A stretch of DNA of 64,000 bases, taken from the NCBI GenBank assembly GCA_028534125.1, contig CM052816.1:29824001-29888000 (forward strand), read 5' to 3'. This DNA comes from Lama glama. Lineage: Eukaryota. The notes below the pieces were generated by a model. The model was given only the letters and a program-made list of their open reading frames with translations, searched no databases and was not told where the DNA came from. A program made the position numbers and the translations under genes. Shown here in pieces: positions 1-12,679 of the stretch (within the stretch, counting starts at the first letter, position 1; each line of letters opens with the position of its first letter).

Positions 1-514
1 TTATTATATTCAAAATATGTTTAACAGTATTCATTGTGAAAAAGACTTGACAATTCTAAGAATAGACTCATGAGAAACAGTTTCTCTTAGTCTGAATAAA
101 ATTACTTAAAATTGAAGGATCTTGAGAGTAAATTAGTATTTTTCATACAAGACTTAGTAAAAAAAAAAAACTCTCACCACACTGATAAGCTTGATTGTAT
201 GTTCTTTAAGTGGAACAGGGTAAACTTGGTTCTCTTCTGGAGAAAAATTAATCACAAGGATGCTAGACTCTTTGTCCTGGTCTCCCTTTTTGTTTTAGGC
301 GTTGGTTCGGGTTGCAGGAAGGTTCGTTTTTAATCCCAAAGAGAATCCACAAAAGCTCCTTGGAATTCAGGAAAGAGAAGGACTAAATTAGAAGATATTG
401 GAAGGGAGACGTGAGAGGCTTTCTTTCCTCTAAGATTTCAGGGCTAGCACAAAAGCATTATGCACTGCTTTGAACAAACTGAATGTTAGAATCAAAGGCA
501 GTTTGGGGATTTTA

Positions 515-620
515 GGGTTGGAATGGACTTTAGAACTCATCTAGTCTTATTCCCTGATGTTTCTGAGGAGGAAGTTGAAAAATTCAGAAGAGTGATAAAT
601 TTCCTCAAGGTCATACAGGG
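515..620 (-). mobile_element. MIR SINE fragment
   Basis: Degenerate antisense MIR core (gaggaagttgaa...ttcctcaaggtcatacag). Confidence 0.55.
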
Positions 621-2090
621 TGGATTTTGCCTCAGGTCCATTAGATCTTCTACTGCACGAAGATCTATGTGCTGAGAGGCCATTAATCATGGAATTGAGT
701 GGTGTCTCCTTTATAGGAAAGCCAGAAATGGTGAAACAGTTACCAGTAGTAGAGTCACTAAGAGCAAATGCATATGATCTAGAAGATTTTGCTCTAAGAA
801 AAGACCTACATATGTTTGCTGCCCGAGACGGAGCAGCAGAGACTGACAGTGAGCAGAGCAGCACCAGAGTTAGGGGCGTGTCTCAATACTGTCTCTCTCT
901 GTGACTTACTGAAGCTTGTAGCCCCGTGATAATTCATCTCTTAGGAAGAGTAGTTCACAAATCAAGATTTTAAAGTACAACAGTTGACTGAGTTGTCCAT
1001 TTTTAGCTTGGCCCTCAGCTCATCATGTTTAACCTTGAAGATAATGGAATTTTAGAATCTCGTCGTTTGCGAGGTTTTTATTTGTTTTCCTAACAGATGA
1101 AGGTGGTAGTGATTATGTATAAGAGGGCTTCTTGTCCAAGGTGTCACCAGCTGGTCTATTGCCATTGTCTGAATACTGCCAATAGAGAGCCATTCCTTCG
1201 ATTGAAGTTTGTCTTTAGCTGGCTATTTTTATTTTAAAATGTATATACCCCTGGAAAAGTGGGTGTGAGGAAACAGTTTTCACATATCTGACAGTTTGCC
1301 CTGCATTCTCATGTTTGGAATGATGATTTTCAGGCATTGAAAGATCCTGAATCATTAGTTTTATTCTCTCCATTCCTATTACTAAAACAGATTCTAGTTC
1401 TTAAGTTGGTTAGAGGGTTTTGTGTATGTCTTTGTATTGTTGTGCTTCATAGTATGTATATGTTTCACATGTATTCTTTTCATATATCAAATATTACATA
1501 ATAAAATATTTTAAAAAGTTATCACATGCAACAGAGACTTGAGAATAGGGGTTATTTAAAGTTTTCATGTGGGTCAGTATTTTAAATAAAACGTTTACAA
1601 TATCTTGGCCAAAATTATGTCGTACTTTTGAGAGCCAGTGTCTGAACAGGAAGCACCTTTTTTTTATTCTTTCTGTTTTCGACTTATGACTCTTACTAGG
1701 GTACAGTCTGGCTAGATAGTGCATTGTGTGACTTAGTTAAAAGAGTCACAGCTGTCCTGAGGACTTCTGAAATGCTCCATGAGAATTTCAGACTGTTGGC
1801 TCCACATCCAAACCAGAAGTTGTCAGGTTTTCAAAACACGAGCGATCTAATTCAGAGGAGTAAAACTGATCGTTTATTTTGGAAACAGCCTGAGCGCCCT
1901 TCAGGGGCTGTGCAGTCGGGGTTCTAGTGTGGTAGGAAATGGGGTGGGAAGGAGGCCTTTCTTGCTCGGGGTTGGTGAGGCTGCGGGCACTCACTGCCAG
2001 CTAAGGCGGCCGCTTCTGAAGGAATGATGTCTAGTTCTGCTCTTCTTGGATCTATTTTGAACAGATAACCAAGGTTTGAGCACTGTCCAC

Positions 2091-2607
2091 TGTATTAGCC
2101 AGAGTTCTCCAGAGAAACAACTAAGAGAAAATACATATTTGTACACAGGTGTGTGTGTGTACGTGTAAAGAGAGAGAGAGAGATTTATTATGAGGAATTG
2201 GTTCATGCGATGAATGGAGGCTGAGAGGTCCCATGATCTGCTGTCTGCAAAGGGGACACCTTTGAAAGCTGGTGGTGTAATTCATTGTGAGTTCTCAGGC
2301 CTGGGAACCAGGGGAGCTGATGTATAAATCCCAACTGAGGAGCAGGAGAAGATGAGATGAGATGTCCCAGCTCAACAGTGAGGCGGGGAGGAAAAAAGGC
2401 AAATTCCTCCTCCTTCTGCCTTTCCTTCTATTTGGGCCCTCGGTGGACTGAGTGGTGCCCAGTCTCATTGGAGAGGACGTTCTCCTTTACCGAGGCCACC
2501 AAGACAAAAGCTAATCTCATCCAGAAACATTCTCACAGACACACCCAGAAATAATGTTGAATGTGGGTATCTCCTAGTGAGGTTGACACATAAAATTAAC
2601 CATCGCA
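2091..2607 (-). mobile_element. MLT2B-like ERVL solo LTR
   Basis: Runs tgtattagccagagttctccagagaaac ... gttgacacataaaattaaccatcgca, the reverse complement of recalled MLT2 termini. Internal agatttattatgaggaattgg is also typical. Confidence 0.9.
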
Positions 2608-2754
2608 CTGGTGTTATGACTGCAACCTTCCCTGGGACAATGTTACCACTGGGTTTCTCTGTACCTGTTATGTGTTTTCCTGTCAAGCAGCTCAAGTGAA
2701 CCTGGCTTAAGTGCAAGGCATCATATAAAACAGTCCACTAACACTCTTCTACCG

Positions 2755-2945
2755 GAGTGAAGCATTTTCACATCCTGCTGAAATGTATTCTCATGCTTTA
2801 TTCTGTTGGATCCTCCATCAGCCCTGGTGGTTACATGGCTCAGTTTTTCTTATTCCCATCTTATGGATGATTAAACTGGGGTTTAGAGAGGTGAAGTGAC
2901 TTGCCCAAGCTGCCCTGGCTAGTGAGTGGCAGAGCAGGTTCTAGA
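2755..2945 (-). mobile_element. MIR SINE
   Basis: attcccatcttatggatgattaaactgggg...agagaggtgaagtgacttgcccaag...gctagtgagtggcagagc is the antisense MIR core. Confidence 0.8.
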
Positions 2946-5900
2946 TTATGTGTTGTTTATAGATTTAAGTCTTCTGATTCTTCATCTTGTCTTCTCTTCT
3001 TGATAATAGTCATAAAATCATGCTGTGGCTGAGTTGACCACTTTGACTGTATGTTCAAGTAACTGTATTCTGCTTTCAGTGTCTAAAGGGAAGCAAGGAA
3101 AAGAAGAAATGCCATTTGAACCTGATGTGTCTCCAGATTAAGGTGCTCCACGTACTTTCTTGCCTTGGTATAATAAGTGACAATTTAAATTTTGGGGATT
3201 TCTCTAAGTGCCTAATACAGAACTGTGGAAAGTTTAGGTGGTGGGAGGAGGTAGCCTACTCATCCTCTGTTGTATGGTATTACTCTGCAGGGCTGCTTTA
3301 TAGTGGGTTTGGGACTCAGTGGGAAAAACTGGGGGTCTCGCAGCAAGGGGGAGACATGTATTGAAATGAAAATAGTCAATCAAGACCACCTTATTGGGTT
3401 TCTGACACCCCAAAAGTGTGGGTTTGTATTGATATACCACATCAACAGGGTGGTACCATCCACAAGGCCTGGTGATTTGTACCTGTTTCTTCTCAGCCCT
3501 GGTATTTTGTTCGATGGGTTTATAAAATTTGGTCTTCTCTAAGGGTTAGAGTAACTTAATTCCAGGGACAGTGAGTGCTGGGTGTGTTTGTACATCCTTA
3601 GAGACCCGAACATCACTGCGTGTTCTTCCTGCAGCTCTGCTTTGATTTGCCGCTGTGGGTGGTGTTACGGTACCTCCTAGATCCCTGATCTGCCTTCGAT
3701 TTAACCCAGAACCCCTTGTTCCTTGTGGCTGTCCCTTAGGCTGGACCGGCAGTGCCTTTTGTTTCCAGACAGACCACAGCTGCACTGAATTGTTGCCTCA
3801 TGTTTCCCTGTGTCTGGTCACCAGCTTGTGGTAACCCTTGACAGCTCCCCAAGGAGCAGCTGCTCGGGTCAGATGTTAGCAAGGTCAATAAAAATAATAA
3901 CAAGAAAAATGAAACATTTAAAAGGGTCATTGAACTTCTCGAAATGAAACTGTTATGTAATCACAGATTCTTGTTTTATTGTTCTCATTGGGCTGGAAAT
4001 GATAAACGTATGCACCGAAAATTAAAACCATAAGACAAGCTGGGAGATCTGAATAGAGCCTGTTCCCCCTTCTTCCATTTTTAGGGTGAAAGGCTGCACC
4101 CACTTTGAGTGACTCATTTTTGAAGCTTATGGTCATCTCTGTTTTCCTCCCAAAGTTACAAACAAGGTTACCAAAGTCAGATACTGGGAGGGGACAGAAG
4201 GTAACATGCATAAGTGGGGTCCCCTGGGTGGGGCCTCTGTGAGCTGCAGAATGCTGCCACTCCCAAAGCAGGCAGGGGCTGCCCCACTCCACATGGCGCC
4301 TCAGCAACCCAGGCCCCATGATGCCGTATCTTCAGATTTCAACTCAGATCAGAAGTCTGCGTTTAAAATGCTGGTGGCTAATCCAAGTTAAAACACCACC
4401 ACCACCACCACCACTTCAGGGCAGGCCAACGAGGACACATCGGCGGGTGGGCCACGGTCGCTGGGTGCTACCTCTGGATTTTGCTTTTCTTCAGACTAGA
4501 GCCTAAGAAGTACCCTTAACAGTTTTCTATTTTCCCATCTCCCATGGCTACGCAACAGTTGTTGATTTAAAGTGCAGCAGGAAAGAAAACATTAATGGAG
4601 CCCTAATAATTAAAATAACTATGCATCAGATAAAAAAAGTGTAGCAACAACTAATGTATGTTCTGTCCAGCATTATGGCCCTTTCTGGTTTATGCTTCTC
4701 TCTTCCCTGCCTCTGTACATGACCTGCTGTTACTTTAGTCGCTCTTTCCTGTTTCACTTCTGGTCTGCCCAGATCCCACTCTCTCCGCAGGGTCACTCGG
4801 AAAGTTCCCAGGCCTCAAGCCTGGCTGCCCATTGAACTCAGCATTCCCCGAGGGGCGAGAGGTTTTCACCGGAGTCGGCTCTGCTCCCCTCCGGAACGCA
4901 GAGCCTCCAAGCGTTCCCGAGCTCCACACGCTTCTCTCTGGTGGGCTCTGGCGCTCACTTCTCTTCAGTTCCCTGCTGCCTGCGCCTCTGCTTTTAATGC
5001 ATTTCATCCCATGTCCTGGTTAAGCTCGCCTGACTCATGGTCCATGCATTACAGATGATTAAACACATTACTTTCATGCTTCTAACATTAGATATGCGTT
5101 TTTACATATTTATAATTTTCACATATGATTAAGAGTTAACAGATTACAAAGTGACATCATCAGACAGTATCACAGTATCCCTCCGTGTAGAGGGGGAAGT
5201 GTCAATCCCACATAAATATTTTTATTAAATACTGAATAGCTACGAAGGAATACTGCAATTTTTGTGGAAGCTATTCAGCGTAACACCACAACACACATGT
5301 GTGGGTCCTACTCAGTTTATGATATGGAATTTTAAGACATGGAAAGTTTCTAGTACTTTTGAAGGCCCTTATGTCTCCTTCAAGAACCCATCCGCCTTTC
5401 CCTGGCCCTTTAGAGGAGACTGATACGATCAGTTTTGTGTTTGTTATCATTTTGCTTTGTTTGAATATATGAAAATTTGTTGTTCAGTGTTGCAGCTTTT
5501 GAATTTTACGTATAAAAATTAGACTGTATGGGCTGTTCTTGACTTACAGTTTTGCTGAATTTTGTAGTTTTTTTTGAGATTTGTTTATGTTGATGGGGCT
5601 ACCTGTAGTTATTTGTTTTCTGCTGCTGTGAAGTATTTCATCAATTAACAATTCTACAATTTATCTTCCAATCTACTGATATGAATAGCAGGACTATTTT
5701 CTTTTTTTTCCTATTGCAAAAGTTGTTATTATAAATTGTTGTTGTAGTTAGCTGGGAGTGAACTGTGTTTAGATACTAGGATTGTAGGATATGCATGTAT
5801 CAAATACACGTGTACACAGCAATGCCAAATTGTTTCCCAAAGCAATTGCACAAATCTATACTCCTACCAGCAGTTGTATAAATCTCTGTTGCTTTAAATC

Positions 5901-6259
5901 CTTCCTAACTTTTGTCAGTTTTAGACTTTATATTTTTTGCCGAGCAGATAGGCCTAAAATAGTTTGTGTGTGTGGTTCTAATTTGCATTTAATGAGGTTC
6001 ACGCTGAACATCTTTTTATATGTTTTTATGTCCTCTTCTGTATAGTGATTGCACCTGTCTTTCACCTGTTTTTCCACTTTGGTATTTTTCCAGTTGATTT
6101 GTATTTCTCTGTATATTCTGAATATAAATCCTTGGTCAGTCTGATGTGTTACAAATTTTCTTTCAGCTGGTCGCTTTTTTTTAATGATATTCTTCTGCCA
6201 ACAGAAGTTCTCAATTTTAATTTAGTTGAATGGAATACGTTAATCTTTTCCCGTACAAC

Positions 6260-6260
<1 letters not shown>

Positions 6261-6296
<36 letters not shown>

Positions 6297-6309
6297 TGTG
6301 TGTGTGTGT
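6261..6309. repeat. (TG)n microsatellite with one interruption
   Basis: Directly visible. Confidence 0.97.
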
Positions 6310-6442
6310 CTTTTTAAAGAAATCCTCCACGCTCAAGGTCGTATTTTCCTTGTGTAATACATATATCTATGGTGGGGAAATCCCTCTACATCAACATTCT
6401 TCTTCTTCAGGAATGTCTTGGCTATATTTTATCTTAAAAAAA

Positions 6443-6728
6443 TTTTTTTTAAGTAGAAGAATAGTTGATTTACAATATTGTGTTAGTTTCAGGTGTATAG
6501 CAAAATAATTCAGTTATATGTATTCCTTTTCAGATTCTCTTCCAGTATAGTTTATTACAAGAAGATACTGAATATAGTCCCCTGGGCTATACAGTAAATC
6601 CTTGTTGTTTATCTATTTTATATATAGTGGTGTGTATCTGCTAATCCCATCCTCCTAATTTATCCCTCCCCTGTCGTTCCCCTTTGGTAACCATAAGTTT
6701 TTTTTCTATATCTGTGAGTCTGTTTCTA
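6443..6728 (-). mobile_element. 5'-truncated cetartiodactyl-type L1 3'UTR
   Basis: Poly-T followed by atagttgatttacaatattgtgttagtttcaggtgtatagcaa ... ccctttggtaaccataagtt ... tgtgagtctgtttct. Confidence 0.85.
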
Positions 6729-7460
6729 TGATCTTTTAGTTTTTATATAAATTTTAGAACTAGCTTATAAAGTTTTGTAAAAAGCCTGGATTTTTATTGA
6801 AATTAATTTATCTCAAATCAATTTGAGAAGAATTTACTTCTTTATGATTTTAAGTCTTCCTATGAACATACTGTATATTTTTATTGATTTAGATTTTCTT
6901 TAACTTCATTTAAAGCAATTTTGTTGTTTTACACATATGGTGCTCACATATCTTTTATTACATTTTTTCTAGATACCTTGTATTTTTGTTGCTATTATAA
7001 ATGGTATTTAAAAAAACATTAGTTAAATAGGTGTTTTTTGGGATAAAGTAAAGCAATATAATTATATATATTGATTTTTGTCTAGCTACTTTGCTAAACT
7101 AATAATTCATCTGATTCTCTTAGGTTCTGTACATGGAAAATGAAATTATCTATAAATAATGACAGATTGTTTCTTCTTTTCCATTCCTCATCTATTTATT
7201 TTCCTTGTCATAATGTGCTGACTAGGACGTCCAACACATTCTGGAAAGGAAAATAATAATGGTTATATGGGCATCCTTGTATATTTCTTGATTTTAATGG
7301 GGTTGTTTTCAGTTTTGCCATGACGTATGATGTTTTCTGTGGACTTTTTTTTTTTTATCATATTAAAGAAGTTTCTGTCAATTTGCTATGATTAAATTTT
7401 TCTTGACGACAAAGAGATGTTGAACTATATGGAAGATTTTTTTCTTCATCCCTTGAGATA

Positions 7461-7833
7461 GGAATTAGACATGGAGACTTGCTGCCAGAGCCACCTTCAC
7501 AGTAGGACGTGCCGTCTGGCTAAGGGCGTGCAGGCAGCAGAGGGCCTCTGTCAGTCAGCGTTTTTACAGCCTCCTGGCCCAGGCTCACACCCTTCCCAGA
7601 GCAGCCTGCGTCCAGCGACTGAGCAAGGTGAGGGTTCCTCTGATGTGGAATAGCTCTGACGGGGCTCCCCGCTGGTTCGCCAAGGTTTTGTCGGGTCTCT
7701 ATTGCAGTTTGACTTTTCCCTCTGCCCAATCCTGCTTTTCCTTCCTTCTTTTCATGGCTACTGATTTCTAATAAACATTCAATATCCCAAACTCAGTCTC
7801 AATGCTTGCTTTTGGGGACTCCACCTTGTGACA
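7461..7833 (+). mobile_element. LTR16C-like ERVL LTR nested in the L1M
   Basis: tccctctgcccaatcctgct ... ctaataaaca ... aaactcagtctc ... ttgtgaca terminus. L1 sequence continues on both sides. Confidence 0.8.
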
Positions 7834-8280
7834 ACATGATTTTTTTCCCTTTTCTCTGCTCATGTAATTAATTATATTAATTGTTTTTTTAAATATAAAA
7901 CCAACCTTGCATTTCTGTGATAAACTCAAATTTATTATTATCCATTATCTTTTTATACATTGATTCATTTTGTTAATTATTATTTTAGATTTTTATCATC
8001 TATAATTACGAGTGAAATTGGCCTAACATTCTTTGTATGTACTGTCCTTTTCTGCTTTTATCATTGAGGTTTTTGGTAGACTCAGTAGAAGAGTTGGGGA
8101 TTTTTTTTTCCTCTTTTCTTTATTCTGACAGAATTTATGTAAGAATGTAGTTTTTAAAAATAACTTACCATTAATTTGATCTATCTGGTTTTTTATTAGA
8201 AGATTTTTTTTTAATTTCATCCATTTATTTCAGCTTCTGAAATTAGGTCAGTATGGTCTCTAAGTTTGCAACCAACTTCC

Positions 8281-8523
8281 TTTTTTTTAACAATATAACA
8301 TTTTTTATTGATTTATAATCATTTTACAATGTTGTATCAAATTCCAGTGTAGAGCACAATTTTTCAGTTATATATATATATATATATATATTCATTGTCA
8401 CATTTTTTTCTCTGTGAGCTACCATAAGATCTTGTGTATATTTCCCTGTGCTATACAGTAGAATCTTGTTTATCTATTCTACAATTTTGAAATCCCGTCT
8501 ATCCCTTCCTACCCTCCGCCCCC
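8281..8523 (-). mobile_element. Young camelid-type L1 3' end, 5'-truncated, part of a TSD-flanked insertion 8198-8537
   Basis: acattttttattgatttataatcattttacaatgttg...tgtagagcacaatttttcag. TSD AGAAGATTTTTTTT at 8198-8211 and 8524-8537. Confidence 0.88.
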
Positions 8524-8894
8524 AGAAGATTTTTTTTAAAGTCAGATTATTTAGTATCCTTTATGAAACTTCTTTAAAAGTAACAAGCCCCCAACAAGGA
8601 GCAGTTTCCCCAGGAATTCTCCTTAAATTGAACACAACTAGAGAAAATATTTCAGAAAAATTCCCCAAGTTGATCAATGAAGGAAGGTTGATGGGCAGCT
8701 CTTCTGTGTGGTCACCACAGACAGCAGTCATCTGGGGATTACAGGTAGGCATCCTCCTTGCTTTCCTCTACCCTCCAGGGACCTCCCAATGTTATATTAC
8801 AGAAAGTACTCCCAGTGAGCACTGTTGAAGGCAGACATTTCTCCCAGCTTGAAGTCATAGAGCATGTGCAATGCGCTAACTCAATACTGGTTTG

Positions 8895-9005
8895 CAGATC
8901 TGGGGTCTAGTCTTGGCTGGTCTGTGTGGTAACTGGTGACCTCAAGCAAATGTTGAAACCCTTACATGGGCTTCCTCACCTGTGATATGAGATGTTGGAT
9001 TAAGT
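8895..9005 (+). mobile_element. MIR-like fragment
   Basis: ggtgacctcaagcaaatgttgaaaccct...ttcctcacctgtgatatgagatgttgga is a degenerate MIR core. Confidence 0.6.
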
Positions 9006-10185
9006 GTTCTTGGAATATTTTAATGTACTGATTTGATTTATTAGTGATAATGGGAAATCAGATTTTCTATATAGTTTTGAGTCAGTTTGGCGTGTCATTT
9101 TTTTTCTAGGGAATTTGATAGTTTTAACTATGTTTACACACTCGAGGACACAAACATTTTTCATAGTATTCTATTATAGTATCTCCAGGAGTTATACCTC
9201 CTTCTTTATTTGCATTACTATTTTTTTTTACTCTCTCTTTTTCATGATGAAACTTATCAGATGTTTATCCATTATGTCTTTTCTAAGAACCAGCTTTGGC
9301 CTGTTGATTTTGTTTTCTTTTTAACTTTTGATCTGATATTTTTCCTTCTATTTATTTTTTGGGGTGTGGTTGGAATTCTTTATACAAAATTCTTAAATTG
9401 GATGCTTAGTTTATTAATTTTTGCTTTTATTTCCTTTTAAAAATAAGCCCTTAAGGCTGTATAGTTCCTTTTAAGTACAAATTAGCTTCATCATACATAT
9501 TTTGGTATACAGTAATTAAAACATTTTTTTGATTTCTTTTTAGCTTACATGTTATTTGAAAGTATGATTTTAAATTTTCAAATCTGGGCAATTTTTCTGT
9601 TTATCACCCTGTTATTGATCATGGTCAGAGAATATGTTCTATGTGAAAAGTTTTGTGAAACTAGATGCTCTGGTTTTATTTCTACCAACTTGCTTTGTGT
9701 TTTGTATTTGCCCTGCCTTTTCTTTCTTTTTTCTTCTTCTTCCCTTCTTGTCTTCATTTTGGACTGACTTTCTTTCTTTTTTTCACTTTTTCCCTTCATA
9801 TTCTAGTTTGAAAATTATGCATTCTGTATTTTAGTACATAGATGAAATATGTGTGCTTAGCATTGTCTGAAATGAATATCTTCACTCTCATCCAGAGCAG
9901 TATGTGAACCTGAAGACACTTTAATTTTGGTTATCTACCATCTGACTTACACTCTCCTCTTAGACTGTATTTTAGTTTTTTACTGTCAATTTAGATAACA
10001 TTGTTGTTTCATATAGTTTGTTTAGATTTGTCCACATGTATGCCATGTTCCTTTTGCACTGTTCTATTTTACATTTTAGCTTTTCTTACTAGTATTGTTT
10101 TTTTTTCCTGCCTGTAGCACATCCTTTAGAATTTCCTATAGAGAGGGTCTCTATTGCAAACTCAATTTTCATTTGCTTGAAAATA

Positions 10186-12679
10186 CAATTGATCCTTGAA
10201 CAGTGTGGGGGTTAGGGGCACTAACCCCTTGTGCAGTCAAAAATCCACATGTAACTTTTAAGTCCCCCAAAACTTAACTGCTAATATAGCCTATTGTTGA
10301 CCAAAAGCCTCATGATAACATAAACAGTCAATTAACACACTTTTTGTATGTTATATGTATTATATACTATATTCTTAGAATAAAGTAAGCTAGAGAAAAG
10401 AAAATGTTATTAAGGAAATTATAAGGAAGCAAAAATACATTTACAGTACTGTACTGTATTTATTCATACTGTGAGTTTACATCATCTGTTCACAAAATCA
10501 ATCATTCATCTGTCAGTACCTATATCAATATTGTCTTATATGATACAGAACTACACATACAAAAATATGTTGTGCATATTCCTAACTAGACATCAAAAGT
10601 GATAATATGAAAAAGGAATTCATATTTATCTACTGGTAAAACAATTTATGTGTTGGAATGAAGGAGCAGCAATATGAGTGCTTTATGGTGGCCCAGTGTG
10701 ATCAACATGATTGTCTCACAATAGCATAGCCTATACATTAATGAATGAATTATAAAATTTCCATAGTAAATAGTATTTCAGTCATATTCATATTACAGTA
10801 TTGAAAACATTACAATACACTAAAAACATTAAAAAAAAACCACTTACCTATGATTATAGGATGATATGCAGTTTTTTCCAATCATGAGAGAGATGCATTC
10901 TACAATAATGTAGTTATTAATTAAATTAAAATTAATAATAACATTATTAATTTTATATTAAGTATCACTCACCTTATGGCCATGCAAGGATAGCCTATCC
11001 ACTTCAATACAAGTCTTGTGTTAGGTGCAATATTCTACACGATATATACTTAGATGATGCTGATGATGACATAAGAAGAACGCAGACAGTTTTGCCATAT
11101 TGTCACTAGATTTTTAGATGAAGACACACACACATACACAACAGATACATTTATTAACTGTACCACATGATGATTATCTACTATTTATTGAGTGGAAGTG
11201 AATCATCATAAAGATCTTCATTCTCGTCGTCGTCTTGTTGAAGAGGAGGAAGAGAGGGGGAGATGGTCCTGCTGTCTCAGTGGTGGCAGAGGTGGGAGAC
11301 GTGGCGGAGGTGTGAGGGGAAGCAGGAGAGGCAGGCATGCTTGGTGTAACTGTATGGAAATACATCATAATTTCAGTGTGACTTTTGCTTTTTCATTTCC
11401 CTAAAAATGTTTCTGTATGGTACCAATTCTTTTTCCACCTTTTTCTTTAGTTTCAGTGCCCATGTCAGAGAAAGTCCATATTATTAAAGAAGGTGAAATC
11501 AGTCTTGAATAATCAGAACCCTCCTGTGAGATTGTCTAGTGTCGATTCGTTCTGTGGCACTGCTTATTCTGCATCTTCATCCTCATCGTCTGGCACTGGT
11601 TCAGAAGCCCTCATCTTCATCAGGTTGTCTTCTATTCGTTTGTCTGGTGCGATGTCTTTTAGCTTTTGAATTTCTCCAAGATCCATACCATATCCATAAT
11701 TTCTTTTATGATGTCTTTGATTGGATCTGTCTTAAATCCTGTGAAGTCATACACAACCTCTGGACACAGTTTTCTCCAGCAGAAATTTATTATTTGGGGC
11801 TTGACAGCTTTGGCAGCTTTTTCTGTAATGACAACGATGGCATCTTCAGTAGTGTAATCCTTCCAGAATTTCATGATGTTCTGTCATCGTATTCTTCCAC
11901 AGTGTTGACAATCCTTCCCGTAGAGTACTGTGTGTAACGAGCCTTAAAGCCCTTTACGACTGCCTGATCTAGAGGCTGAATTAGAGACACTGTGTTTAGG
12001 GGGCAAGAAGACCTCTTTAGCCTCTTTGATGTTGAACTCATGGGGTCTGGGTGGTCAGGGGCATCGTCCATTATCAAAAGAACTTTAAATGGCAGTCTCA
12101 TACTAACACCGTACTTCCTGATTTCAGGAACAAAGCATTGATGGAACCAGTCCAGAAAAAGTGTTCTTGTTGTCCAGATCTTCTTGCTGTACAACCGAAA
12201 GACTGGCAGCTGGTGTTTATCCTTGCTCTTCAAGGCTTGAGAGTTAGCAGCTTTATAGATAAGGGCAGTCCTGACCATAAGCCAGACTGCATTTGAACAA
12301 GACAGTAGAATTAGCCTATCCCCCACCCCCCGCCCCCGCCTTAAATCCTGGTGCTCACTTCTCTTCCTCACTGACAAATTTCCTTTGTGGCATTTTTTAA
12401 AAAACAAAATAGAGCACTTTCCTCTGCATTAAACACCTGTTCAGGAAGTTATACTTTCTCCTCAGTGATTTTCTTAATGAGACCTAGAGGCTCACCTGCT
12501 GCATCCTGGTCAGCAGAAGCTGCTGCTCCTGTGAATCTTGACTTTTTTTTTAACTGAACCTCTTTCTAAAATTGTCACACCATCCTTTGCTGGCATTGAA
12601 TTCCCCAGCCTTCAGTCCTTCACCTTCCTTTTGCCTTAAGTTGTCGTTTGATGCCTCTGTTTTTCCCCTGATCATATTT
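10186..12679 (-). mobile_element. Tigger2-family (Tigger2f-like) TcMar DNA transposon, 5'-truncated, transposase decayed
   Basis: TA at 10184-10185, then TIR-like caattgatccttgaaca. Minus-strand ORF pieces (11871-12407, 11659-11874) encode pogo DDE_1-like peptides (FLDWFHQCFVPEIRKY, KVLLIMDDAP, SLIQPLDQAVV, FWKDYTTEDAI). CENP-B HTH-like GEFNASKGW lies near 12600. Confidence 0.93.

Larger units (their letters stand above)
5250..10185 (-). mobile_element. Ancient L1M (L1ME/MC-like) 3'UTR plus ORF2 remnants, interrupted by several younger insertions
   Basis: T-rich antisense L1 motifs in colinear order, e.g. gggcatccttgt, ataaaaccaaccttgcatttctg, gtgaaattggcct, agagggtctctattgcaaactc. No intact frame. 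Confidence 0.8.

Noticed and set aside
620..904. 94-aa ORF with protein-like composition
   Set aside because: Non-ATG start at a MIR edge, no recognised homology and no convincing splice sites.
11659..12407. Transposase ORFs as a domesticated TIGD/pogo-derived gene
   Set aside because: Split across frames by frameshifts, 5'-truncated and still attached to a TIR, so it is a decayed Tigger2 copy.
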